DNA of 64,000 nt. Origin: an uncultured Anaerolineaceae bacterium (GTDB taxonomy: Bacteria > Chloroflexota > Anaerolineae > Anaerolineales > E44-bin32). Every line of letters begins with the position of its first letter. Within the stretch, counting starts at the first letter, position 1. The position numbers and the translations under genes are program-made. Where the stretch lies: positions 21,390-85,389 of the forward strand of contig CAYYVY010000001.1 in NCBI GenBank assembly GCA_964475265.1. Direction: 5' to 3'. This document shows, in pieces, positions 17,962 to 27,459 of the stretch. The notes under the pieces were generated by a model. It did no database searches, was not told the origin of the DNA, and saw only the letters and a list, made by a program, of their open reading frames with translations.

Positions 17962-18978
17962 ATGCGCGTTTTAATCACGGGGGGCACAGGTTTTATTGGA
18001 AAACCGCTGACGCGTAGGGCATTGCAGCGCGGCTGGAACGTGACGCTGGTTGTGAGGACACCCGATTCGAGGGTGGCGCGCGAGCTTGCGGACCAGGGGG
18101 CCAACCTGGTCTTGGGCGACGTCACCGATCGCGCTACCTTGGAGGCGGCATTTTCGGTCACTCAACCTGAACTATTCTTTCACAACGCAGGTTGGTATGA
18201 GTTGGGAATCCCGCGTCGCATGCGAAGACGAATGTGGGCCGTCAATGTAGAGGGTACGGAAAATGCGCTGACGTTGGCAGCCGAGCACGACGTGCACAAG
18301 TCCATCTACACTTCATCCACCACGGCGCTCGGGGACACTGGAGGAGAGCTTGTGGACGAGCGGTTCACTCGTCGTGCAGAACCTCTCAGCTACTACGAGT
18401 ACACCAAGAGCGAAGCGCATGAACTTGCTTTGCGCCATCAAGCGGCCGGCGAACCCGTGGTCATCGCCTGTCCGGCGCAGGCGATTGGTCCTGGCGATCA
18501 CTCGGCTTTTGGACAATTCGTTCGTCTATTTGTGCGTGGTTTGCTGCCGCCTTTCATTTGGGGAGCGGAAAGCATCTTCACCTTCGGACATGTGGATGAA
18601 GTCGCCGAGGCGTTGGTCCTGGCGGGAGAGAAAGGAACTCCCGGGGAACTGTACTTCGTTGGGGGGAAAGAATTATTCATGCGAAAGATGGTGAATGTGT
18701 GGGGAGATGCCGCCAACCGGAAACCGCCTTTCATCTGGCTGCCCAAACCCATTGCGTTGGCGCAAGCCGCGCTCATCGCTCCACTCCTCAGGCTTGCCGG
18801 AAAACAGGCATTCATCTCGCCGGAAGTCGTGCGCAGCAGCTTCGTGTCTTTTCGTTACAGCTCGGCCAAGGCAGAAGAACAACTGGGTGCACATTTCCGA
18901 TCCGCCGAGCAAGCTTGGAGCGATACGATCGAAGCGGAGATTTCTCGCCTGTCATCGAAGAGGGGTACCGAATTATAA
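17962..18978 (+). CDS. NAD-dependent epimerase/dehydratase family SDR
   Basis: MRVLITGGTGFIGKPL Rossmann motif; YEYTK (YxxxK). Confidence 0.8.
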   Translation: MRVLITGGTGFIGKPLTRRALQRGWNVTLVVRTPDSRVARELADQGANLVLGDVTDRATLEAAFSVTQPELFFHNAGWYELGIPRRMRRRMWAVNVEGTENALTLAAEHDVHKSIYTSSTTALGDTGGELVDERFTRRAEPLSYYEYTKSEAHELALRHQAAGEPVVIACPAQAIGPGDHSAFGQFVRLFVRGLLPPFIWGAESIFTFGHVDEVAEALVLAGEKGTPGELYFVGGKELFMRKMVNVWGDAANRKPPFIWLPKPIALAQAALIAPLLRLAGKQAFISPEVVRSSFVSFRYSSAKAEEQLGAHFRSAEQAWSDTIEAEISRLSSKRGTEL

Positions 18979-18987
18979 TGCGGAAGA

Positions 18988-21900
18988 TCAATGGTTTTCG
19001 TTCGCCGGCAGCCAGACAGAGAAGCATGAGCCTTTCCCCGAAATCCCCTCGCTTTGGACGGTGATGCGTCCATCATGACGCTCTAAAATTTCCATGCAAA
19101 TGGAAAGCCCGAGTCCCGTTCCTGGGGCACCTGTGATCTTGCTGGCCGATCCGCGGAAGAAACGTCTGAAGATCATTTTTTGTTCTTCGGGCGGGATGCC
19201 CAATCCGGTGTCTTCCACCTCGGCGACGATCCAACTTTCTCCCGACTCACGCTTTTTCCGTGCTCGTAAGGTGATCGTTCCCCCGTTGGGTGTGTAATTC
19301 ATGGCGTTGGTAAGGAGGTTGGTGAACACCTGTGTTAGCAGGCGCGCGTCTCCGGTGACCCGGGGTAAATTCTTCGTCGTTTCGATGGTCAGTTTCAACC
19401 CCCGTTTTGCGGCAAGATTTTGGCGATCCGTCACCAGCGAGGTGAGAATCTCGTTGATGTTGAGGGCGACGGGAACGAATGGAACCGCATCTGCATCCAG
19501 CCTCGAAAGCGAGAGCAAATCGTCGATCAGATTGGCCAGGCGCTCGCTTTCACGATGTAAAGTCTCCAGGTATTCCCTAAACTTGTCGGGATCATCTATG
19601 CGCGTATTGAGCAAATCCAGATAGAGCCGGATGTTGGTCAGCGGCGTGCGCAGCTCGTGTGACACGTCTGAGACGAATTGTGATTTCAGCCGATCGAGTT
19701 CCTTGAGCGCACTGATGTCGTGTGAGACGCTGACAAAATTGATCACTTCTCCGGCATCGTCACAAACGGGGGTTATGGTTAACGCCGCGTCGTAGAACGT
19801 GCCGTCTTTATGACAATTGACGACCTCGCCGCGCCAGGTTTTACCTGCGAGAATGGTTTCCCACATCTGACGGTAGAACTCCTCATCGTGCCGTCCACTT
19901 TTTAGAATACTGGGTCGTTTGCCAAGTGCTTCTTCCTGTGAATAGCCGGTCAATCGCTCCCAGCCCGGGTTTACGTATTCGATCGTTCCGTCGACGTCAG
20001 TCACCATTACGGCATCGCCGATGTTGGTGAGCAGAACGTCCAGGCGATCCCGCTCGGCTTGCAGCGCAGCCTCAAGATTCTTTTGCCTGGACATATCCAG
20101 GACGAGTCCGCTAACGCCCTGGGGATTTCCGTCGGCGTCCGTGATCAAACTGGCTGCGAGCAGGACGGGGATGTGACGGTTCTGCTGGGAGGGGATTTCG
20201 ATGTCGAAGACTTCGCGTGTTCTGGGTTGGCGGGCCTTCGTCTCGTCGAATTGTTCCATAATGGGCTGCTGCAGATTGGGAGGAAAAATATCGAGCACAC
20301 TTTTCCCGATCAGATCGTCCGCATCGAAATCACACAACTCGGCCATGGCCTGATTGACATACGTGATCGTGCCCGCGGGATTGACGTGAAATATTCCCGC
20401 CAGTGAAGTTTCTACGAGGGCGCGGTAACGAGCTTCTGAGAGGGTAAGATCACGCGTGCGTTCTGCAACTTCGGCTTCGAGCTGTTGAGCTTGTGCAGCG
20501 ATTTGACCAAAGAGATGTGCATTTTCCAGGGTGACCGCAGCCTGGGTGGCGAAGGCGTTCAGCAGCTCAAGGTCTGAGGATTTAAACGGCCGTTTCAGGC
20601 CGTCGCGCTGCACGGTCATGGTTCCCATGATGCGCTGGCGTATGCTTAGGGGCGTGATCAGCAAGCACTCGAGGTCGTTGTTTGATGTGCCGGGAATCAA
20701 GACACCGCGCGGATCGTCGGCGGTGTTGTTGAGGATGATCGCTTCGCCATGTTCGGCGACGTATCCGACAAGACCCTGACCGACTTGCAGGATCAGGTCC
20801 CCGGCAGCGTCTGCGGCCGGGCCCAGGGCGATTACGCAGTTGAGATTGTTCGTTTGGTTGTCGAGCAAATGGATGCGACTGGCGTCTGCCTGGAGCAAGC
20901 TCTTCGCTTCTTTGGCGATCATGCGCAGTACGGTTTCCTGGTCGAGGGATGAGGAAATCGAACGCGCCGTGCGGATCAAGGCCTGTGATTCTAGCGCTCG
21001 TTGCGTGACGTTGGTATACAGCCGGGCATTATCAATGGCTACCGCCGCCATGCTCCCGATGGACTGAATTAGCTCGGCTTGTTCTTCGCCAAAAGAATGT
21101 GTTTTGTCGAGGATGAAGATGCCCAATCCGCCGATCGGCTTCTCGCCCACGATCAGGGGAACGCCGAGCAGCTTTTGAATCCCCGCTTTGACCCAGATCG
21201 GGTTGGCTTCCGGATGGTGCGGATAATCTGAGAGCAGGATCGGGCTGCGTGCTTCGAGCACCTTCCAGATCAAGCCCGTTCCGACCGGCGCCTGTGACAG
21301 GCGGATTTCATCCGGAAGACCGATGACGTGGGGGAAGGTGACGCTCTTGCCGTCGCTTTCGACGAGGCCGATGGCGCCTGCGTCAGCGCCTGTGACTTCG
21401 ATGGCGACGCGGATCGTGGTTTCCAATACTGTGGGTAAATCAAGAGCGCTGGTGATCGCCTGGGCGACTTCGTTGCGCAGGCTTTCGCGTTTCAATGCAT
21501 CTTGAATCTCGTTGCGTGAGCGTACGTGACCCAACGCGATGGCGATATGATCGGCGAGCGCTGAGAGAACGGACCGGTCTGCTTCGGTCAACCAGGATGC
21601 ACTGACGTTGATGGTTCCGATGGGCTTGTCGGCCAGGATCAATGGGGCGATGATGGCAGGGACCTCGCCGATGATCTTCATGATCCGGGGCACGAAGACG
21701 CGCAACCGTTCCGGGGTTAACTGCGTGACCAGTTCCCTGCGATCTGTGGTGAATACGGCTTCGCCGGTTTCAAGCGCCTGTCTGTATACATCCACTTCGT
21801 TTGGATCGAAGCGGTACCCCCGAATCGCCAATCCGGTAAGTCGACGGAGCGATTCGCTTACCGCATTGCTCATTGATTGGGATTGTACTTCGAGCAATCC

Positions 21901-22137
21901 GTCTTCCGTCAGCAACGTGGCGGACCCCCGCAGCTTTAGGCGGTGTAATTCTTGGGTAAGGGCGCGGAAGACATCGGCTTCGCTGGCGACCGCCTTGCGC
22001 GCCACACTGGCTGCTGTGCGCAGAGCTGAGACCCAAAATGCCCTCGCCTCGTGATGAGGAACTGTATCTGATGCCTTATCCACGCCGTGGTTCCCCTCTG
22101 TTAAGCGTAGTGTATCACGGAACGAAATCGGGCACAT
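18988..22137 (-). CDS. cytoplasmic multi-GAF/PAS sensor histidine kinase
   Basis: 1049 aa with no obvious TM helices. GAF-like segments are followed by two PAS-like segments, a coiled-coil linker, H-box VSHELRTPLTNI, N-box LLTNAMNYT, and G-boxes VEDTGLGIP / GTGLGLSI. Confidence 0.85.
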   Translation of the reverse strand: MCPISFRDTLRLTEGNHGVDKASDTVPHHEARAFWVSALRTAASVARKAVASEADVFRALTQELHRLKLRGSATLLTEDGLLEVQSQSMSNAVSESLRRLTGLAIRGYRFDPNEVDVYRQALETGEAVFTTDRRELVTQLTPERLRVFVPRIMKIIGEVPAIIAPLILADKPIGTINVSASWLTEADRSVLSALADHIAIALGHVRSRNEIQDALKRESLRNEVAQAITSALDLPTVLETTIRVAIEVTGADAGAIGLVESDGKSVTFPHVIGLPDEIRLSQAPVGTGLIWKVLEARSPILLSDYPHHPEANPIWVKAGIQKLLGVPLIVGEKPIGGLGIFILDKTHSFGEEQAELIQSIGSMAAVAIDNARLYTNVTQRALESQALIRTARSISSSLDQETVLRMIAKEAKSLLQADASRIHLLDNQTNNLNCVIALGPAADAAGDLILQVGQGLVGYVAEHGEAIILNNTADDPRGVLIPGTSNNDLECLLITPLSIRQRIMGTMTVQRDGLKRPFKSSDLELLNAFATQAAVTLENAHLFGQIAAQAQQLEAEVAERTRDLTLSEARYRALVETSLAGIFHVNPAGTITYVNQAMAELCDFDADDLIGKSVLDIFPPNLQQPIMEQFDETKARQPRTREVFDIEIPSQQNRHIPVLLAASLITDADGNPQGVSGLVLDMSRQKNLEAALQAERDRLDVLLTNIGDAVMVTDVDGTIEYVNPGWERLTGYSQEEALGKRPSILKSGRHDEEFYRQMWETILAGKTWRGEVVNCHKDGTFYDAALTITPVCDDAGEVINFVSVSHDISALKELDRLKSQFVSDVSHELRTPLTNIRLYLDLLNTRIDDPDKFREYLETLHRESERLANLIDDLLSLSRLDADAVPFVPVALNINEILTSLVTDRQNLAAKRGLKLTIETTKNLPRVTGDARLLTQVFTNLLTNAMNYTPNGGTITLRARKKRESGESWIVAEVEDTGLGIPPEEQKMIFRRFFRGSASKITGAPGTGLGLSICMEILERHDGRITVQSEGISGKGSCFSVWLPANENH

Positions 22138-22225
22138 TTCGTGTTGTCTTAACGGACTTCACTCGCATGATTCTATCCCCTCGATGCACTAGGCAGAGCA
22201 GATGGAATCCATATGCGAAAAGGAC

Positions 22226-22276
22226 TTGACAAGAATAATAACATAGAGTACTCTAGAGTGCAGAGAACTCTATGTT
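22226..22276 (+). promoter_or_regulatory. putative sigma70-type promoter overlapped by a palindromic operator
   Basis: TTGACA (22226-22231) - 17 nt - TACTCT (22249-22254). A perfect 12-bp palindrome TAGAGTACTCTA (22244-22255) covers the -10. A perfect 10-bp inverted repeat AACATAGAGT (22240-22249) / ACTCTATGTT (22267-22276) is also present. Confidence 0.5.
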
Positions 22277-22319
22277 TAACAAAAGGTGAATGCCAGTCGC
22301 GTATTCACGGAGGCTGAAG

Positions 22320-22880
22320 ATGGATATTTCACGTGAAGAAGCCGAACAATCCTTGCAGACGATCAGGGAGGTGCGCTCCCAAATACGCACGTCAATTGCT
22401 ACAGGCAGTGCCCCCTTGCATATGATTCTATGGGGCGCGATATGGTTTGTTGGTTATCTCTGCAACAATTTTCTAGATGTCGAAACCGCCGGACGGATTT
22501 GGACTCTACTCGCTGCTGGCGGAACCGTTGCAAGCGGCATCATGGGGTATCGTCTCGGTTCGCGATTTCGCCTGCCGGGCAGCGAGCGTATCTGGCAAAT
22601 TTGGATTTTCTTTTTCATATACGTTTTTCTATGTATATGGGTAGCCTGGCCGTTGAATACGATGCAGATTTCAATGCTCATTGCATTGTACGCCATGTTT
22701 GCCTACGTTCTCTTGGGGTTATGGCTGGAGCGTATCATTACCTGGGTTGGACTTGCAGTCAGCGCATTGGGGTTGATTGGATATTTCTTGTTTCCGGATA
22801 TTTACTACCTGTGGATGGCGTTTCTCGGAGGCGGTACGCTTTTCGGCAGTGGCATCTACATTTTGAAAACGTGGAAATGA
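22320..22880 (+). CDS. membrane protein, unknown function (about 5 TM helices)
   Basis: The ATG at 22320 is preceded by GGAGG with 6-nt spacing. A hydrophobic core follows a short polar N-terminus. It is the first gene of an operon with the wHTH regulator. Confidence 0.5.
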   Translation: MDISREEAEQSLQTIREVRSQIRTSIATGSAPLHMILWGAIWFVGYLCNNFLDVETAGRIWTLLAAGGTVASGIMGYRLGSRFRLPGSERIWQIWIFFFIYVFLCIWVAWPLNTMQISMLIALYAMFAYVLLGLWLERIITWVGLAVSALGLIGYFLFPDIYYLWMAFLGGGTLFGSGIYILKTWK

Positions 22881-22902
22881 ATGCCACGAAGGGCGATCGG
22901 GC

Positions 22903-23220
22903 ATGAGTATGTTGAATGAAATCATTCACCAGCCGGTCCGTATGCGCATCATGGCCGCGCTGATGGCTTTGGATAAAAGCGGGCAACTGGAATTCACGCA
23001 TCTGCGTGATGTGCTCTCACTAACGGATGGCAATCTGGGTGCCCATCTGCGAAAACTCGAAGAGGCGGGTTATGTCTCGTTGGAAAAGACCTTTGTAGCG
23101 CGCAAGCCGCGCACGTTCATCGCCATGACGGAGAAAGGCCGCCAGGCTTTCGAAGATCATGTAAATGCCCTGGAGCAGATTCTAAGTGGTGCGGAAATCG
23201 AGGAGGAGGGCAATACGTAG
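22903..23220 (+). CDS. winged-helix transcriptional regulator (ArsR/MarR-like small wHTH)
   Basis: IIHQPVRMRIMAALMAL...LEFTHLRDVLSLTDGNLGAHLRKLEEAGYVSLEKTFVARKPRTFIAMTEKGRQAFEDH is a typical wHTH pattern. Confidence 0.75.
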   Translation: MSMLNEIIHQPVRMRIMAALMALDKSGQLEFTHLRDVLSLTDGNLGAHLRKLEEAGYVSLEKTFVARKPRTFIAMTEKGRQAFEDHVNALEQILSGAEIEEEGNT

Positions 23221-23298
23221 CAGTCGAAGATCGCCCGCTTTGTAACAAATCCGCAGTACACGCAAGTATCTGTGCTGGAAGAACACAAGGAGATTGAA

Positions 23299-24216
23299 AT
23301 GCGTAAGGTAATCCAAACAAACGAAATAACCAAACAATACGGTTCGGTACGTGCCGTGAATGGTGTGACTTTCCAAGTCGAAGAAGGTGAGATTTTCGGA
23401 GTCGTCGGTCCCAACGGCGCAGGAAAAACCACAACCATCGAGTGCATCGAAGGTCTACGCAAGCCGGATTCCGGATCGGTGGATCTGCTCGGATATGTGC
23501 CATGGAAGGACCATCTCGAGGTAGCGGAGCGAATCGGCATCCAACTGCAGGAATCGGCGCTTCCGCTGCGCATTCGGGTGAAGGAATCGTTGGACTTGTT
23601 TGGCGCGTTCTATGCGGAGCGTGAGGATTCACAGGTCTTACTCGATCGTCTTGGATTGGCTGATAAATCGAAGGCGATGTTCAGCAAACTGTCTGGCGGT
23701 CAAAAACAGCGTTTGTTCATTGCGTTGGCATTGGTGAATAAGCCGCAAGTGCTCTTTTTCGACGAATTGACCACGGGCCTCGATCCGCACGCCAGGCGAT
23801 CGATGTGGGATCTGGTGCGCCAGATTCGCGATCAGGGCAGCACGGTCTTTCTGACGACGCATTTCATGGAAGAAGCCGAGCGTCTCTGCGATCGTGTTCT
23901 CATCATGGATGACGGGAAGATTGTGGCCCTGGATACGCCCGAAGCGCTGATTCGTTCCTTGGGCGTGGAACGTCGCTTGGTGTTCACTATTGCGAATCAT
24001 TTTGACGCTCAATCGCTCTCGGAGATGCCCCAGGTCGATCGTGTGGAGCAAATTGGAGAGCGCGTGGTGGTCTATGGAAGTGGAGAACGTTTCGCAAGTT
24101 CAATCGTCCGTGGATTGGAGACATCCGGCGTCGATTTCAGTGACCTGCGCACGCAGGATCCGACGCTGGAGGATGTGTTCCTATCGCTGACGGGCAAGGA
24201 AATCCGGGAGGCATAA
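23299..24216 (+). CDS. ABC transporter ATP-binding protein
   Basis: GPNGAGKTT, LSGGQKQRL, VLFFDELTTGLD, LTTHFMEEA. AAGGAG lies 6 nt upstream of the ATG at 23299. Confidence 0.9.
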   Translation: MRKVIQTNEITKQYGSVRAVNGVTFQVEEGEIFGVVGPNGAGKTTTIECIEGLRKPDSGSVDLLGYVPWKDHLEVAERIGIQLQESALPLRIRVKESLDLFGAFYAEREDSQVLLDRLGLADKSKAMFSKLSGGQKQRLFIALALVNKPQVLFFDELTTGLDPHARRSMWDLVRQIRDQGSTVFLTTHFMEEAERLCDRVLIMDDGKIVALDTPEALIRSLGVERRLVFTIANHFDAQSLSEMPQVDRVEQIGERVVVYGSGERFASSIVRGLETSGVDFSDLRTQDPTLEDVFLSLTGKEIREA

Positions 24217-24217
24217 A

Positions 24218-24961
24218 ATGAGAGGTTTGAAAGAACTCACTTGGATCAATCTTAAATTATTCATCCGTGAACCTATAAGCACTTTCTTCACGCTGGCTTT
24301 TCCGCCACTGTTGATTTTGCTTTTTGGGGCGATGTATGGCAACGATCCATCACCGATGTTTGGAGGGTACGGTTCGATGGACGTGAGCATGTCCGGTTAT
24401 ACCGCCGTTATTCTCAGTACGGTCGGTTTCATGAACATACCGATTACGATCGGCAACTATCGTGAACTGGGTGTGCTGCGCCGGTATCAAGCGTCGGCCT
24501 TGCGTCCGCGCGTTTTCATTACTGCCGACGTGATCGCCAACATGTTGGTGACGCTACTCGGCATGCTGCTCTTGGTTCTGTCCGGCTGGCTGTTATACGA
24601 TGTTCGTTTCGAAGGCAAAGTGCTCAGTTTCGTGCTCGGTGTTGTGTGGAGCGGTTTGGCGCTGTTTGCTTTCGGATACTTAATCGGCAGCCTGGCGCCG
24701 GGGGCGCGCGCTGCGCAGGTGATCGGGATGGTTATTTTCTACCCCATGATGTTTCTCTCCGGTGCGACCATTCCGATGGAAGTCTTGCCCGAATCGATTC
24801 AGCACATCGCCGATTATTTGCCGTTGACACACGTGGTCAACCTGCTGCGCGGGTTGTGGTTTGGAGAAGGATGGGGGGATAACATTTTGGCGGTGGCGGT
24901 CTTGGCAGGTATTCTCGTGGTGAGCACTGTCTTTGCGGTGCGCGTTTTTCGTTGGGAGTAA
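24218..24961 (+). CDS. ABC-2 family transporter permease
   Basis: 247 aa with six hydrophobic segments. It starts 1 nt after the ATPase stop. Confidence 0.8.
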   Translation: MRGLKELTWINLKLFIREPISTFFTLAFPPLLILLFGAMYGNDPSPMFGGYGSMDVSMSGYTAVILSTVGFMNIPITIGNYRELGVLRRYQASALRPRVFITADVIANMLVTLLGMLLLVLSGWLLYDVRFEGKVLSFVLGVVWSGLALFAFGYLIGSLAPGARAAQVIGMVIFYPMMFLSGATIPMEVLPESIQHIADYLPLTHVVNLLRGLWFGEGWGDNILAVAVLAGILVVSTVFAVRVFRWE

Positions 24962-25035
24962 GATGGCGAGTTTGAAATTCAATCTGCTAACGCCCTAGAA
25001 GCTAAATGCGACAGGCTCGAGCAGGATAGTTTTAA

Positions 25036-25076
25036 GCGAACAAGGTCCGCTGAGCTGGCGACCTTGTTCGCTTTTA
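25036..25076 (+). terminator. rho-independent terminator
   Basis: GCGAACAAGGTC (25036-25047) / GACCTTGTTCGC (25060-25071), followed by TTTT. Confidence 0.7.
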
Positions 25077-25135
25077 CCTTTACAGGACACGGGGGCATTG
25101 ATAGACTTTAGAAAATAGACTAAATTGAGGTGAAA

Positions 25136-26137
25136 ATGTCCCTTTTGGCAAATTGGAAAGAGGTGCTCGACACGGCCAATTTATCTCCCGACAAGGAGAT
25201 GGACATAATCAGCAAATGGATGATTATCACCCGGGCGGCAGTGTTCTCGATGACTGCCACATCGGGTTTGATCGGCGGCTTGCTGGCCGCCGCTCGATCG
25301 GACCGTCCGCATTGGTTGAACTTTGCATTGGCGCTGATTGGCTTGGTGCTCGCGCATGCGGCCAACAACATGATCAACGATTTCTTCGATCTCGAAGAGG
25401 GCGTCGATACGGATGAATACGCCCGGGCGCAGTACGCACCGCATCCGATTCTGAGCGGCATGATTTCCAAACGCAATCTCTTGCTGGCCATACTGACTGT
25501 CACGTTCATCGATGCCCTCATCATGGTGTACTTCCTCTTCAACGTGGGAAGTATGGTTCTGGTTTTCGCGTTGTCTGGCTTCTTCATCAGTGTGTTTTAC
25601 GTAGCGCCTCCGATTCGGTTAAAGCACATCGGACTTGGCGAGCCGGGTGTGTTTATCGTTTGGGGGCCGCTCATGATTGGCGGCACCTATTTGGTGACTG
25701 CCGGGGAACTGCCCACGCTGGGCATTTGGCTGGCATGTGTGCCGTATGCCTTGATTGTTTCTACAGTGTTGATCGGCAAACATATCGATAAAATCGAGGC
25801 CGATGGCGAGAAGGGAATCCGTACGTTGCCCGTTGTGATTGGAGAGCGCAATGCCTTGTGGCTCAACATGGCCTTGATGGCCGCCTTCTATCCCATCGTA
25901 GCCCTTCTCGTCCTCGCGGGCACGCTGGGCGTCTGGGTACTTCTGATCGTCCTGGCTCTTCCGCGCCTCTTGCGTGTGTTGAAAATCTATACTGCGCCCC
26001 GTCCACAGGAACCCCCGGCAGATTACCCGGTTTGGCCCCTGTGGTATGTGTCTGCTGCGTTTTTCCATAACAAGCTGGCCGGCGGGTTGTTTGTTTTAGG
26101 ATTGATCATGAACCTGATTCTCCCCATTTCGTTGTAG
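25136..26137 (+). CDS. UbiA-family prenyltransferase (MenA-like)
   Basis: Asp-rich motifs NNMINDFFDLEEGVD and GKHIDKIEAD. About 8-9 TM helices. GAGG lies 5 nt upstream of the ATG at 25136 (the ORF-track start is a GTG at 25130). Confidence 0.75.
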   Translation: MSLLANWKEVLDTANLSPDKEMDIISKWMIITRAAVFSMTATSGLIGGLLAAARSDRPHWLNFALALIGLVLAHAANNMINDFFDLEEGVDTDEYARAQYAPHPILSGMISKRNLLLAILTVTFIDALIMVYFLFNVGSMVLVFALSGFFISVFYVAPPIRLKHIGLGEPGVFIVWGPLMIGGTYLVTAGELPTLGIWLACVPYALIVSTVLIGKHIDKIEADGEKGIRTLPVVIGERNALWLNMALMAAFYPIVALLVLAGTLGVWVLLIVLALPRLLRVLKIYTAPRPQEPPADYPVWPLWYVSAAFFHNKLAGGLFVLGLIMNLILPISL

Positions 26138-26164
26138 CCATCTGTATTATCGCGGTCGTGATTC

Positions 26165-26200
26165 AAAAACGAGACGCCTTCTTCATGGCGTCTCGTTTTT
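26165..26200. terminator. bidirectional rho-independent terminator between convergent genes
   Basis: AAAAACGAGACGCC (26165-26178) / GGCGTCTCGTTTTT (26187-26200). The stem is flanked by A-run and T-run sequences, so it can serve either strand. Confidence 0.7.
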
Positions 26201-26255
26201 CGTTCTGTGTTCGTTCGCCCCAGGCTGTTGACCCGGTTCAGCAGGACAGGCGTAT

Positions 26256-27242
26256 CTACTTTTGGCTCATGAGCAATTTCACGTATTGGGCGCGTTCGAA
26301 GGCGAGGGGATCATCAACTTCGCTTTGGCTCAGCTTACCTCGGAAATCAGAGAGATTATTGTAACCGTGCTCGTCCATCCAGCCTTCCAGCTCACGCAGC
26401 ATAGTGGAAATGTAAGCTATGCCGTTCTGCAGCAGTGCGGAGGCTGATTGAATGACGGATGCGCCGGCGAGGATCGCTTTGGCGCTGTCCAGACCTGAAT
26501 GCACGCCGGTATTCAAGGCCAAGTCGGCCTTGATCTGATTGTATAGAATGGCTACCCAGCGTAGCGGGAGCTTCATCTCCTGGGGTGTGCTGTAGATCAT
26601 TTCGTTGATCAGCTCCTCACTCTTGGTGTCGATATCCGGCTGCAAGAAGCGGTTGAAAAGCACGAGGCCCTGGACTCCGCGTTTGGCTAGCTGCGCCGCC
26701 ACGTTAGCGGTGGAGCTGTAGTATGGACTGAGTTTAACGGAGACCGGGATCTTCACTTCACTCAGTACGGCATCCACGGTCTCGTAAAGCGACTTCTCCA
26801 CATCGGCGGCAGATTTCTCCACGTTGGTCACGACCGAATAAACGTTCAGTTCGAGTGCGTCCACCCCGGTGTTCTCGAGCTGCTTGGCGTACTTCGTCCA
26901 TGTACCGGGGTTGATGGCGTTCAGACTGGCGATAAGCGGCATTTTTACTTCGGCGCGTGCCTTTTCTACCCACATCAAGTGTTCACTTGCCTCACCGTGA
27001 TGCATCTGTGGAAAATAGGATAAGGCCTCCGCATATAACTCTGAACCGCGGGATAATTCTTCTTCCATACGTAAACTTTCAAAGAGGATCTGTTCTTCGA
27101 AGAGCGAGCGGATTACCAATGCACCAGCGCCGGCTTTCTCGGCGTCTTTGATGCGATCGGTGTAACTGGAGATCGAACACGCAGCGACCAGAATCGGCGT
27201 ATTGAGATCCATCCCCATGTAAGTCGTTTTTGTATCGGCCAT
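26256..27242 (-). CDS. dihydroorotate dehydrogenase-like TIM-barrel flavoprotein (non-canonical active-site loop)
   Basis: 328 aa with class-1 DHOD-like layout (LNTPILVAACSIS, GVDALELNVYSVV, ...VLFNRF..., NTGVHSGLDSAKAILAGAS). It lies divergent to nifJ. Confidence 0.65.
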   Translation of the reverse strand: MADTKTTYMGMDLNTPILVAACSISSYTDRIKDAEKAGAGALVIRSLFEEQILFESLRMEEELSRGSELYAEALSYFPQMHHGEASEHLMWVEKARAEVKMPLIASLNAINPGTWTKYAKQLENTGVDALELNVYSVVTNVEKSAADVEKSLYETVDAVLSEVKIPVSVKLSPYYSSTANVAAQLAKRGVQGLVLFNRFLQPDIDTKSEELINEMIYSTPQEMKLPLRWVAILYNQIKADLALNTGVHSGLDSAKAILAGASVIQSASALLQNGIAYISTMLRELEGWMDEHGYNNLSDFRGKLSQSEVDDPLAFERAQYVKLLMSQK

Positions 27243-27459
27243 TGTATCTCCTCTCGAAATTCAGCAGGTTATTATAGGATAACAAATAATACACCCATGT
27301 GGAATAGTGATAGGTGTCCTGCAAATTACAATGCCCTTCTACACTGTTAGAGACGCATAAAGACGAATACCGTATAAGGTGGTTTGTCGCCGATGTTTTT
27401 ACGCGCATTAATGTGATTTAAATACGAACTCATGTTAGTTCGATATGAAGGAGTTATCC

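Noticed and set aside
27395-27441. TGTGA-N6-TACGA (CRP/FNR-like half-match) and a 6-bp inverted repeat CGAACT/AGTTCG upstream of nifJ
   Set aside because: Only one half-site matches the CRP/FNR consensus and the inverted repeat is short. This is too weak to call a regulator site without comparative data.
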